Positions 34,150 to 46,100 of a stretch of 47,792 bases of DNA are shown here, in pieces. The notes beneath the pieces are model-generated. The model had not been told where the DNA came from. It was given only the letters and a program-made list of their open reading frames with translations, and did not search any database. The translations under genes and the position numbers were made by a program. The DNA is from Nemertoderma westbladi (Eukaryota > Animalia > Xenacoelomorpha), in NCBI GenBank assembly GCA_032718475.1, contig JAUCBJ010006817.1:1-47792 (forward strand), given 5' to 3'. How positions within the stretch are numbered: position 1 is the first letter of the stretch; every line of letters starts with the position of its first letter.

Positions 34150-35845
34150 ATTAGATCCTGAAAGTGGGGATAATTGCAGTGATTCGGACAGTACCGGTAG
34201 TGATGATGGGGGGCTCTTTATGGTGGCTTCTGATTCCGATTCAGAACCAGATGCGACGCCGGAAGCTCTGGCAGTTAGCAATAGTAGCGATACCTCCGAC
34301 AATGAGCGGGATTTTGTTACACCAGGTGTAGATGATTATACAGCTAGAAATCCCATACTATTTGCCTCCCAACCAGGATGGAATTGACACAAGTGCGCAA
34401 ACTTTTGGTGAACTAGATTATCTAAAATTATTTTTTCCCGATAAACTTTTCTATTTTTTGGCACAGTGGACATATATAAGAGCTCGGTATTTTTACCAAG
34501 AACTGTTATACCAAATTCAAGGGCCGCAAAGGGAAACTCATACTGTTAAGTGGTATAAAGTGACAATTGATGAAATGAAGAAGTTTATCAGACTAATAAT
34601 TCCTCATTCGAAAGCCCACCGTTTGGTCGTATTGGGTACCAACGAACTGATAGTAACTCCGCTGTTTGGTAGGTCGGATGCCATTAGTCGAGATCGTTTC
34701 TTACAAATATTGAAATTTATACGATTTTCAAATCCTGAAACTGTAGACCCAGAAGACAGAGACTCAAGAGTTAACGGATTCATTGGTCTTATAAAGCAAA
34801 TTTGTGAGCAGTATGTTCCAAAAAGAAACCTCTCCATTGATGAGGCCCTTTTATTATTCAAGGGTAGATTATCCTTCAAAGTCTACATAAAATGTAAACG
34901 GTCTCGTTTTGGTATCAAGTTATATCTATTGACAGATTCTGATGGATATTTAGTAACTGTAAGAGTGTATTATGGAAAACAAAGTAAAATTCCAGCAGTA
35001 GATGTAGAGGGTGGAGATCAGTTGTCAATGAGTGAAAACATTATCGCCCTTTTATCGGATGAATGCAAGTTGGCAAACAAAGGTTACATAGTACACGTTG
35101 ATAATTGGTACAACAGTCCGCGTTTGGCAAAGTTTCTGCATGATCTTAGCACAGGGTTACTAGGAACCGTGAAGAAGAATCACGGCATCCCCCTATGTTA
35201 AAAGATGTGAAGCTTAAACCTATTTCTTCTATGTTTATAATAAAAGACAATGTGTTAGCGATCAAGTACTCAGACAAACGGGATGTTTACATGTTATCTA
35301 CGGGTGATGATGCTGGCCTTGTAAATAAATCGAGGCATTTACGAGGAGGGGATGTTACAGAATATCAGAAGCCTTCCAGTATTAAAAACTACAACCAAAA
35401 TATGGGAGGTGTCGACTGTCAAGATCAATCAATGCATTGCGGCATACAACACTGTCCGAAAGAGCCATTTAATATTCTTACATGTTTGCTGGTTAATTCT
35501 TACATATGTTACAAATGGGAGAAGACACCTAAAGTACGTTTATTCGATTTCTCAATGAAAGCAGTATTGTGGCTGACCCAGTTTACGGTCGACGAGCACA
35601 AGAGATTGCGTGTATCTATAACAGACACCACCAATAGGTCAACATCTTCTAAGGAGAATGTAGCAACTTTTCATACAGTTGATTTGCTTCCTGCTACTGA
35701 GAAAGTAGCCAAACCACGCAATAGATGCCGGGTTTGTTTCTCAAATGGCAAGAGGAAAGTAACGCGGTATTATTGCAACAAATGTCCATGCCAAGCATCA
35801 CTGTGTCTCGGATTTCCTGAAACATGGCACAAGAACATTAGTTAG
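34150..35845 (+). pseudogene. piggyBac (PGBD4-like) DDD transposase, frameshifted
   Basis: Acidic Ser/Asp N-terminus; SRDRFLQILKFIRF; SIDEALLLFKGR..KRSRFGIKLY; VDNWYNS; YNQNMGGVD.QDQ; C-terminal Cys-rich domain RCRVC..TRYYCNKC..LC..WH; frameshifts near 34330 and 35195. Confidence 0.93.
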
Positions 35846-35974
35846 TTGTAACACTACCAATAATGGTCGTATTATTACTGCATTATACCGCTATACAAGG
35901 TGATAAATGAAATATAATATTGTTCATGTATTTCCGTAACAATGTTTCCAAATGTGACATTTGTTGTCTTATTT

Positions 35975-36800
35975 TTTGACAGACAGACGGCCAGATTGAC
36001 AGACAGACAAGATTTCGTTAAAACTCAAAACTGACATTTGAAATGAAATCACCGACCTAGAAAACCCCGATAATGATAATTTTAGAGGTTTTATATGCTT
36101 TCTTATTTTTGAGTGACAGATGGACAGACAGACTAGATTTCGTTAAAACTCAAAACTAACATTTGAAATGAAATCACCGACCTAGAAAACCCCCGGAGTG
36201 ATAATTTTAGATATTTTGTATGCTTTCTTATTTTTTGACTGACAGACGGACAGACAGACAGACTAGATTTCGTTAAAACTCAAAACTGACATTTGAAATG
36301 AAATCACCGACCTAGAAAACCCATATAGTGATAATTTTAGAGGTTTTATATCCATTCTTATTTTTTGACTGACTCAAAATATAGACAGACAGACGGACAG
36401 ACAGACTAGATTTCGTTAAAACTTAAAACTGACATTTGAAATGAAATCACCGACCTAGAAAACCCCCGGAGTGATAATTTTAGAGGTTTTGTAGCTGTGT
36501 ATGCTTTCTTATATTTTGACTGACAGATGGACAGACAGACTAGATTTCGTTAAAACTCAAAACTGAATTTTGAAATGAAATCATCGACCTAGAAAACCCC
36601 CGGAGTGATAATTTTAGAGGTTTTGTATGATTTCTTATTTTTTGACAAACAGACCGACAGACAGCCAGACAGATAGACAGACTAGATTGCGTCAAAAGTG
36701 AAAACTGACATTTGAAATTAAATCACCGACCTAGAAAACCCCCGGAGTGATAATTTTAGAAGTTTTGTATGCTTTCTTATTTTTTGACGGACAGACTGAC
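35975..36800. repeat. Tandem array of ~125-145-bp unit, 6 copies, inside the piggyBac 3' end
   Basis: (gaca)n-ctagatttcgttaaaactcaaaactgacatttgaaatgaaatcaccgacctagaaaaccccc.. at 36011, 36136, 36266, 36410, 36543, 36685. Confidence 0.95.
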
Positions 36801-37024
36801 TAAAAGCACTTTTATTGTACAATTTTCCCAGGCACCTAGGGGTACAAAGATGTCCAGGCCCCCGCTTCAAGGGTTAATCAGGAACAACAATGTTATTAAA
36901 CGTCTTCTAATCGACTAAGACATTATATTGAATACCGTATCACGGTTTCATATCCAACACATCAGACATATAAATTCAAATGCATGTCCAAATGTAAAAG
37001 ACAATTAAAATACCGTACCGGTAC

Positions 37025-37650
37025 GCATATTTCTAATTGGGGTGTCGTTTCAGCCTATGGAAGTATTTCTAGCTTTCTAATTGGCTGTTTCTTCAATAAG
37101 CTCACTTCATAGGCCAACACTCTCCCATAGCCAAAAGGTGTGTCGGTTCAGCCCAATTGCCAGAAGGGGTGTCGCTTGGGGGAAATCACTTTTATTACTT
37201 GTAAATTTTACTTAGGCCTGCCTATTCCTTCCCTATTAAACAGGTAAATCACATTTTTATTGTGATATTCACTAATGTCTGGTGTTATTTGTTACCACGC
37301 CATTTGTATTGGGTTTAGTTGATTAACAAATAATACTACTGCCATATATAATTATATTATATATGAATTCAGAATAATATTTGCGCGAGCCATGTACAGT
37401 AGTAGTAGATACAGATGAGCTCTGCAGGCTGTCAGGAGCTTATCTTTGAATATTTTTATCCTTCAGCTGATCAGTACAGCAGTACCGTTACTCACTCAGA
37501 CTGTTTCCCTAAGCGACATACCTTTTGGCAATTAGGCCGAACCGACACACCCTTTGGCTATATTGGTGGGGTGAGCTTATTGAAGGAACATCCAATTAGA
37601 ACCCCAGAAATACTGATAAGGCCGAAACGACACCCCAATTGGAAATATGC
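37025..37650. mobile_element. Mutator-type MITE with ~165-bp TIRs
   Basis: Ends gcatatttc[t/c]aattggggtgtcgtttc..; 9-bp TSD TACCGGTAC (37016-24, 37651-59). Confidence 0.9.
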
Positions 37651-38039
37651 TACCGGTACTGCGGTACTTATACTTAATGCAGTAACAGAGTAATGAATGA
37701 ATATATTACTACATTGAAACAAGCATAAAGAATTCAAAGGCTGATGTGTAAAAAGCCTTAATTTGAAATTACCTCCATCAGGGCTTAGTTATACTGTACT
37801 GTACTGTATAATAATAATAATCTGGAAATAATTAGATAATGGACAATTAACCGACTGGTGATTTATCATGTAATCAGGTAGTATTTCACATAATGAATCG
37901 TACAGTATTTCTAACATACTGTAGTAAGTAAAGCAAATGAAACAAAACTTAACTTTAAAGAGAATCCATAAGATTTGCGTTAATTAATATAGTAGAATAT
38001 AGATTTTATACTTTAAACGTACAGTATAAGTTATCGGCA

Positions 38040-39163
38040 CAATATAACGAATACAAAATAAATTTTTTATACTCTTACCAAATACAATACATGTCGCTTG
38101 GGACTATGTTTGATAAAAATTATACAATTTGATCTTCTAAATGAGGCAGAGGGCACTGTACGTACAGTACAGGTGGTAGATCAACCATGCTTTCATTTTC
38201 CGTGGTGTGCGGACCTTCCCAATCTATCCCATACATATGAATCCCATCAATTATTGTATCAATCATTTCTAACTCAGGGTTACTCAATATACTGTTTATA
38301 TAATATCTGGCGAAGGGATCAGTAAGACTCTGTTCGAAGACCATGTAAATTCCATGAGTTTGTAAATTCTTCCAGTGTGCTATTTATTTGAGGTAAGTAA
38401 CATAGTCTCAGACAGTATAAATCAATAGGATTATTCGGATCTAAATAGTAGTGAACATCAAGCCAGTAGAATAACTTATGGTAGTAGTCAACGACAATGC
38501 GGAAAACATCTCGCCATAGTCTTTCTATCCTTTGGTTATGGGTGGATTTCCCCGTTATATAGCTTCCACATCCACAACCTCGCTTCACTAGTATAAACTC
38601 CGCAACAAGACGATTCTCGTCACCTTTGTCACCACGAATCTGTTAAATAATTGTATAGAATGTTTAATGTTACAGAAACCCTCCATTGCCATTGTTGCAA
38701 CAAATGTAAAAAACAAAATAACATAAATAATAACATTAAATAAATTGAGATGAATGTTTACAAAATATAAAAAATGTTAATATGTAAGGCATTAAAGTAA
38801 CCAAATAAATAAGTAAAAAAAACGAGTATAAGCCAAATTTACCTACTGTAATAGGCCTACACGAAATTTTAGTATACTACACACTAAAGTAAACGAACAG
38901 CACCCGGGCTGGTACACCGTGGTCTTCTGTGGCATTCACGAACAGTGGTACTACCGTAGCTGTTCTGTTATTATCTTTAGCAGATAGATATATAACTACG
39001 AGGGAAAATCCATCAATACATCCGCGGACGACTATGTTCCAGCGAATTAAACTGTGATGGCCATCTATATGCCACAATGATTTATCGGATTTCACACTGT
39101 ATGTTCTATGAGCACGCACCATCATGATGAAACCATTATAGGATCAATGGAACGCAAGATACA
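38040..39163 (-). pseudogene. IS3EU-type DDE transposase (integrase core) with one intron; N-terminus deleted
   Basis: RTYSV..SLWHIDGHHSLIRW..GCIDGFS..HGVPAR|IRGDKGDEN..GKSTHNQRIERLWRDV..WNLHGLRTE..YGIDWEGP; phase-0 GT..AG intron 38903-38640; frameshifts near 39110 and 38300. Confidence 0.88.
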
Positions 39164-39370
39164 ATAATTATTATAATTTAATTTAATTAATTAAATTAAT
39201 AATTATCATGTAATAATTAAATTTAGGGAGAAAAATTGTAGCCATATTCTATTAGTTAAATTACTGCATATCGTTGAATTTTTGGTGCATTATTAGTTTT
39301 AAAGAGAAATTCAAATTGTATTCTGTATCTGTAATGTGCTTCTCTGTTGTTTGATATATTATTCTGAATG

Positions 39371-39405
39371 AAGTTTGACAAAGGCCTGTTGGCCGAAATA
39401 TTGCT
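39371..39405 (+). ncRNA. Second Penelope-type hammerhead-like motif
   Basis: agt-TTGACAAA-ggcc(tgtt)ggcc-GAAA-tatt-gct; same architecture as 20525-20568, with palindromic AATATT. Confidence 0.5.
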
Positions 39406-40418
39406 CAGTAAACCTAGATGTTTTCTCTCACCTTAATTGGTCTCTGAATCTGAATCTAGTTTTTTTAATGATTTATTCGGTGACAAGAGCAAGATCCCAC
39501 ATACATAAATATTTATATCATCTATTTATATCTGACTCAAACACAGATTCAAGTGGACCTACTTTGGCACGCATGTTGATAGAACTGTCCTGTACTCACT
39601 GCAGTAGTATCAGAAAATCGTGTTGTTTAGATATAAATTTGAAAATTTAATTTAATATCTGTGTTGTAATATAATATCATGTATTGTAGGCCCACAGTAC
39701 ATGGATTGTATGTACAGTGTACAAACCAAACAATTTAGTTATCGGTATTAACGATTTTTAGTTATATTTATGTGGTCCCAAGAAGGATTGTTAGCTCATA
39801 ACTATGCTCTTCAAAACGATGATTTAAAAACGACGAGGTTCTTATATAAATAAAAAAAAACACAATTTGGGAAGATTCTTCCACACTGGACATAGATGCA
39901 TTACAACATTAGTATTTAGAAAGTGATGCTTATTATAAGAATTTTGCATGATTTTTTACATTTTGTGGCCCACCAAATGTTGATGTCTCTCAAATTTGGA
40001 CATCCAGACTTTCCAGAGGGGGAGTGCAAATGGAGCATTTGCGCCATGCTAGTGCATGGCCGACTGCGTAGGCCATGTGATATTGTTCTAGAATATTCGG
40101 GAATTACTAGAGTCATTATTAGCACATGTTGCTGATGATAAAAAATTGATTTTGTTGCTTGATTTTTTTTTGTTAAGGTTAGTTTTGTTTGTGCTTGTAG
40201 GCTTGCATATATAAGTATACATGGGCATAATATTACAAATACTCTTGTTGCGCCTGTCAATTCGTATAAATCGACAGGCACATAAACCCCCTTCCCTATT
40301 TATATTTCAAAAATTTGTTACACATAACACATCACACAAAATGGAATTCTATACAAGCAGTTAATTTAAAACAACTTTCAATCAATTCAACACCTGAATT
40401 GAATCAATTCAATTTTTT

Positions 40419-40500
40419 GAGTTAATGGAGGTGGAATTAATGAGGGTTGACCTTGAGCTAATGAGGGTGGACCCTGAGTTAATATGGGTGTTCCCAGGAT
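40419..40500. repeat. Short 21-bp tandem repeat
   Basis: About 4 copies of gagttaatgagggtggaccct-like units. Confidence 0.7.
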
Positions 40501-40692
40501 TAATAAAAAATAATTAATACCAAAACTAATAACAAAAGAAAACACCAAAAATACAATACTGTCCTGGTACTGATGGACTGATTGTGGACCTCTTGCCTAC
40601 TGCCTTAATACTGTAATACAGTACCTATCGGTACCACCCTTCAACTACATACTGACATTGGAAACCTAACTGTACTCACTCCATCACATCAA

Positions 40693-41400
40693 AATGCCTC
40701 GTGGATCCCATACCCAATGGTCCAACTTTGAAAAAATCGACCATCTAGAGGAAATCATTAAAACCCCCATAATGGACATCAAATGATCAACACCAAAGGC
40801 AATTCATTTGGCAACCTACCTGAACTCTTCGACCATGTAAAAAACGTAAAAGAGGATAACCTCATCTTAAAGAAAGAAAATTCAAGCTTATGTCTCATCA
40901 ACCAGAACCTGGAACAGATGTCCGCAAGAACAGTGTTCTCTTACATGGAATTTCGGAATCAACATCTACCTCTGATAATTCCAAGGTACGTGACATTTTA
41001 GAGAGTCTCAAAGTGCCATTCTCGGTGAGGGATGTAATCCACCGTTTGGATCCAAGGACTGGAAACACCAATCAAAATGCTGTCCAATCTTAATTCGCTT
41101 TTATGGTCACTCCCACTGATCGTCTGTATTCCGCAGTCGTGATAACCTACCACCAGGAATTGGTGGGAAAAGTCAACCGTATTTATGGATCACCTCATTC
41201 ATGCACAGGACTCCCTACTCGGTGATGCTACCAAGCTCCGTTTGAATAAACTAATACAATCAGCCTACTTGAATAATGACCATGTATACATTAGAAAAAC
41301 AAAATAGAGTGCTCCAATGGTGATCAATGAAACATCCAACATCGACACACTCAGATCCTCACCCTGGGCCTACGTCAACCCCGCAGACTCAGTCCACTCA
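40693..41400 (+). pseudogene. CR1/L2/Crack-group LINE ORF1 remnant
   Basis: Coiled coil VKNVKEDNLILKKEN, then LEQMS/RKNSVLLHGISE and VIHRL; frameshifted. Confidence 0.65.
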
Positions 41401-41560
41401 GTATTTTTCCTCAGTATTTATCCTCAGTATTTTTACAGTTATCACTAAGTGTTTTTTTATTGTACAATAAGGCCTATTCAGCATGTAGCACAACCTTGTC
41501 GAATGTTAACAGCAATTAAACATCTGATATTTACTACTTACTACATTAACTAATTACTAC

Positions 41561-44346
41561 ATCGACATCATCTGCATCCAAAAACATTGGATTTGTCATG
41601 AAGACACTCCCATGAAGTACAATGACATTGGAAATGGATGGATGTTAGTAACTAGCTCAGCAGTAAGATACTCAGCCAATGCATCAATTGGCGGAGTAGG
41701 AATTCTGCTAAGCCAATTTGCACTTAAGACCCTAAACAACATCGAATCTATAAATTCCAGGGTTATGATCGCAACATTTGATGGGAATCCCAAGACAACA
41801 GTAATATGTTGCTACAGTCCAACCAATGCCTCAGAGCCAGAACAAGCAGTCAAGTTTTATGAAGATCTGACTGGACTTATAAAGGACATTCCGGAACACA
41901 ATCTTAAAGTCATTGCTGGTGATCTGAATTTGGAAATTGGCCAAGAAGACATCAAGGGTTACACTTATAACACCAGTTCTAACAGAAATGGGTACTTACT
42001 TTTAGACCTAATGGAAGAATGTGAATTGATACCAACAAACACCACATTCGAAAAGAGTAAGGGGAAGCTATGGACCTTCCAATACCCTAATGGAACCAAA
42101 GCACAACTGGATTACATCCTTATAAACAAAAAGTGGAGAAACAGCATGATCAACTGCGAGGCATACAGCGCGTTCAACCTAATTGGTTCGGACCACAGAA
42201 TTGTGACTGCAGAGATCAGACTCAGTTTGAGAGCCAGCAAACCCAGGACAAGATGGCAAATCAACTATGACTGGGAGAAACTCAGAACTGACAATGCAGT
42301 AAAGGATGCTTACACAGTAGAAGTTCAAAACCGCTTTGAAGCACTTCAGTCAATGGATGAAGACCAGTCCACCGATTCAATATACCAGAATAAATAAAAG
42401 CCCACAAGGAATCAACTAAGAGGCATATCCCCCAGAAACCCAAACGAAAACAGTATGTGCCATGGCAAAACTCTGAGGTTGCTTGTAAGAGAGAAGATCT
42501 TAAGATAGCCTACAAAGTATAAACCGAACAACCAACAATCGAAAACATTAACAAGGTTGAGAAAGCTAAGGATGATCTTAAATTGTCCTACAACATCAGC
42601 CAGGAAAAGTGCATACAGGATAAAATTGAAGCAATTACTACTGCTCACATACAGCAACAATCAAGACTTACCTAGCAAACTGTAAATGAGGTATCCAGTT
42701 GGAAAAGTTGTGCAAAGGGGCGCCTCAAACCCGATAGTCCTGAAGAACGTGTTGGGAAGTGGAAAAATAACTTCAGCAACTTGCTTGGGCAGCCACCAAA
42801 CATCGAGGTCAGCCCTACAAAGAAAATATATGACAAGACACTACCTATAGAAACAGGTGACTTCACACCTGCCGAACTCCAAAGAAGCATTAAAAGCATG
42901 TCCAATAATAAAGCGAGTGGATTAGATGAAATTCCAGAGGAGGTATGGAAAACAGGAGTGCTAAACAGACCATTATTGAATGTTTGCAACCGGATGTTAA
43001 AAGGGGAAAAGCCACCACCAATTTGGACTAAAGGTCAACTAAAGCCTCTCCCCAAGAAAGGAGACCTCGGTATACCAACAAACTATCGTGGGATCTGTCT
43101 GCTTGTGGAAGCTGCCAAAATATACAATAAAATGATTCTATATAGGATTAGGCCTCACATAGAGAAACACTGTGTAAGAGCCAAAACGGATTTCGACCAA
43201 ATAGATTAACAATAGCTCAGATACTTACACTATGTATACTGATTGAAGGAATTAAGTCAAACAATCTCCCCGCGGTCATGAGCATAGAGGTAAAATGCTT
43301 TAAATCCTAAGAGCTTATAGAATACCAGAATTGATTGTTGCTGGCATTGGATTGTTATATTGAGACACAGAACAGAAGCACAGGTACTCTCACCAGATGG
43401 TGAAACTAAATTTTTCTCAATCCTGGCCGGCGTACTGCAAGGCGACACATTAGCACCATTACTATTTGTAATTGTATTGGATTACGCAATGATGACGGCC
43501 ACAAAGGGTGAAGATCTGGGAATCACACTTCAAGAATGCATAAGTAGTTGATATCCGGCAACTAGTCACAACTAGTCACAGACACCGACTTTGCGGATGA
43601 CATCGCCCTGCTCTCTAATACCCTAGCAGATGCACAGCTTCTACTAAATAAAGTGGAGAGGGCTGCTAAGGAGGTTGGACTGCATTAAATGCTACCAAGG
43701 CCGAATTCATGACTTTTAATGTTGATGGAAACTTGACAACCATTGATAATAATCAACTAAGGAAGGTCAACGACTTCCAATGCCTAGGATCATGGATAGA
43801 GAGTAGCAAAAAGGACATACTGTAGAAGTTAGGAAAGCAAAGGCTTGGGCAGCTCTATAAAAAATGGATACCATCTGGAAATCAGATCTCTCCAGGCACC
43901 TGAAGACTAAGTTCTTTCGAGCCACAGTGGAAAGTGTATTTTTATACGGGGGTGAGACCTGGACACTGACTAAATCATTTGAACAACGAATTGATGGTTG
44001 CTACACAAGACTACTAAGGGCAGCCCTAAACATCAGCTGGAGACAACACATGACAAACGCCGAGCTTTATGGTACAATACCACCTGTATCAACCACCCTC
44101 CGTGAATGCAGATTAAGATTCAGTGGGCACTGATGGCGAAGTAAAGACGAGGTCATACCAGATCTACTTTTCTGATAACCAACTCATGGAAAGCGTAGTC
44201 GTGGACGACCAGCCATAACATATATAGATCAACTTGAAAGGGATACTGAACTTGGGAGAAACGAAATTGCGACAACTATGGAGAATCGGGAAGCCTGGAA
44301 GGATCTCATTTCCACTGTCCGAGTTCGCTCGACCTACTAGTAGTAG
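41561..44346 (+). mobile_element. Near full-length degraded RTE LINE (family B), endonuclease plus RT
   Basis: IDIICIQ, GGVGILL, CYSPTN, IAGDLN, QLDYIL, SDHRIV, PKKGDL..NYRGI, GVLQGDTLAP, FADD; (TAG)n tail; possible TSD tatttactact (41528-38, 44347-57). Confidence 0.93.
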
Positions 44347-44439
44347 TATTTACTACTAATTATATAATTTTTACATTCCGGTAACTGCTACCATTTGGCA
44401 CTATTCTGTGGTTATGTAGCTAAATAAATAATAATAATA

Positions 44440-45165
44440 AATAATATCTTACTAAAGACTACTACAAACTCTAAAAAATATACTGATCTACTGCATTCTC
44501 ATGATTTCATCCAACTCATAAATCAACCAATCCCCACTACTCAATGGTCGAAAACTCTAATCGAACATATAATTACTAACATCACATCTTCTATCTCCCA
44601 AGCTGGTACATTTCAATCTATAATAGGCACATCCGATCACCCAACCACATTTGTTATTTTTCAGAAATAATTGTGTTACTTTGATAAGGGTAAAACATAT
44701 TCTGTTTTTGAGTTACAACCAAACCAAATTTACCAAAGATATTACATCCCCGAACTCTTGGACCTATATGATTCACCGATGATGAAAAATTCAACGTTTT
44801 TTACAGTGATCTTGAAAAAATATGTTCATCCCACATTACAAAAGAAAATTCAACCAAAACTATTTCCCCAAAAGCCTTGGATGACCACAAATCTGATTAA
44901 ATGCACAATAAAAAAATCTCATTATACAGCAAGTTCACGAAACACCCAACTGATGCAAACCGCAACATATTCCAATAAATACAGAAACAAACTAACATCT
45001 ACCCTTACACACACGGCCTTACTACCCAAGGTTCGGTAATCTCACCTATTCTCTTTCTCCTCTACATCAATGACCTACCTAACGCTACCAATCTATTATC
45101 CACCCGTTTCGCTGATGACACCACCCTCCTCCATTCCAACCCAAATATCAATCAATTAATCACAA
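44440..45165 (+). pseudogene. CR1/Crack-group LINE ORF2 remnant (endonuclease end plus internally deleted RT)
   Basis: QLINQP..KTLIEHIITN..SDHP; KPWMT; QGSVISPILFLLYINDLPN..FADDTT. Probably the continuation of the 40693 ORF1 remnant. Confidence 0.75.
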
Positions 45166-46100
45166 AGGGATTAATCTTGCTACATCTAATAAGAGCACAA
45201 CAGCCTCAGATTTATTGGGGGACTGAGCTAGGGCCAAACTGCCCACGTATTTTCCTGTAAGGGTAAATTATGTTTTGGGCCCCGCCACATCTTTTTATTT
45301 CATTCTATCATTACCTACTGTATGACAAAAATAATACAAATGTACTGTATATTGTACTGTACGGTACCTATTGTATTGTATATTTTATCTACTGTACCTA
45401 CTGTAGTACTATCTATTCATCGCGCGTCCCCTATCTAATTGATTTGTGTCAAATTAAATTGCCTTTGGCAACATTATTTGATAAAATCGATCGATTAAGC
45501 AATTAATTAATTGTTTAATCGACCAATTAATTAATTGATTGATTAATTAATTACCTACTTAACATCTAAGGTGCGAAGTAGGTCCAACTGTCGCAGAAGA
45601 GGGGTTCATCTTACTACTACGGTATTCAAGTCAAGTAAGTCAAGTAGTCAAGTATATTAATTTCTTTAATATCTATCAAATTAAATCGCACACAATAAAA
45701 ATAATGTTATAATATATAATAAGGAAATGTTAAAGGGTGGTCTTGGTGCTGCTACTGCGGCCGGGCAATAGCGAAGCTAGTATAGCCCAACTGCAGTTGC
45801 TGATAGATACTGGGGGGAAGGGGGGGGGGGGATCGGGAGGGGGGGGGGGGGGGGGGGGTGCCGTGTTTGATTTCTATAAAAGACAATACTTCAGAGTTGT
45901 AAAATTTACTGTTGTTTAGATAATAGTATTTTAGAATTTAAAATTTTTCCTGTGGATTTCGTCTAGTCTATTAGAATAAGGCGAAACAGACATGAAGTAT
46001 AATATTTTGGATTTCTTTTTTTAAATTTGAATACAATAAGGTAGAGTGAGGGAAGGATATAGTAAAGGATTTTTGAGTGTATGGAATTAGAGGAGACCTA

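Larger units (their letters stand above)
34130..36873 (+). mobile_element. piggyBac transposon remnant (left end missing)
   Basis: Transposase, 3' tandem array and right terminus ..cttcaaGGG|TTAA (TTAA at 36874-36877). Confidence 0.85.
22803..39246. mobile_element. Putative IS3EU-type DNA transposon carrying a HECT E3 ligase gene, with nested insertions
   Basis: Left end TATGGc..ctacattttttatccctaaatttaattatt matches the reverse complement of the right end, TATGGctacaatttttctccctaaatttaattatt (39212-39246). Encloses a convergent HECT gene and DDE transposase. Flanks cttcat / ttctat match only imperfectly. Confidence 0.7.

Noticed and set aside
39916-40281. 121-aa and 70-aa ORFs
   Set aside because: No recognisable domain in any frame and non-ATG starts; may be a decayed exon, but this cannot be supported.
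45812-45858. Poly-G tracts as Gly-rich ORFs or functional G-quadruplexes (also 1881, 20404, 33996)
   Set aside because: Homopolymer runs inside repeat remnants; lengths are unreliable and nothing indicates function.
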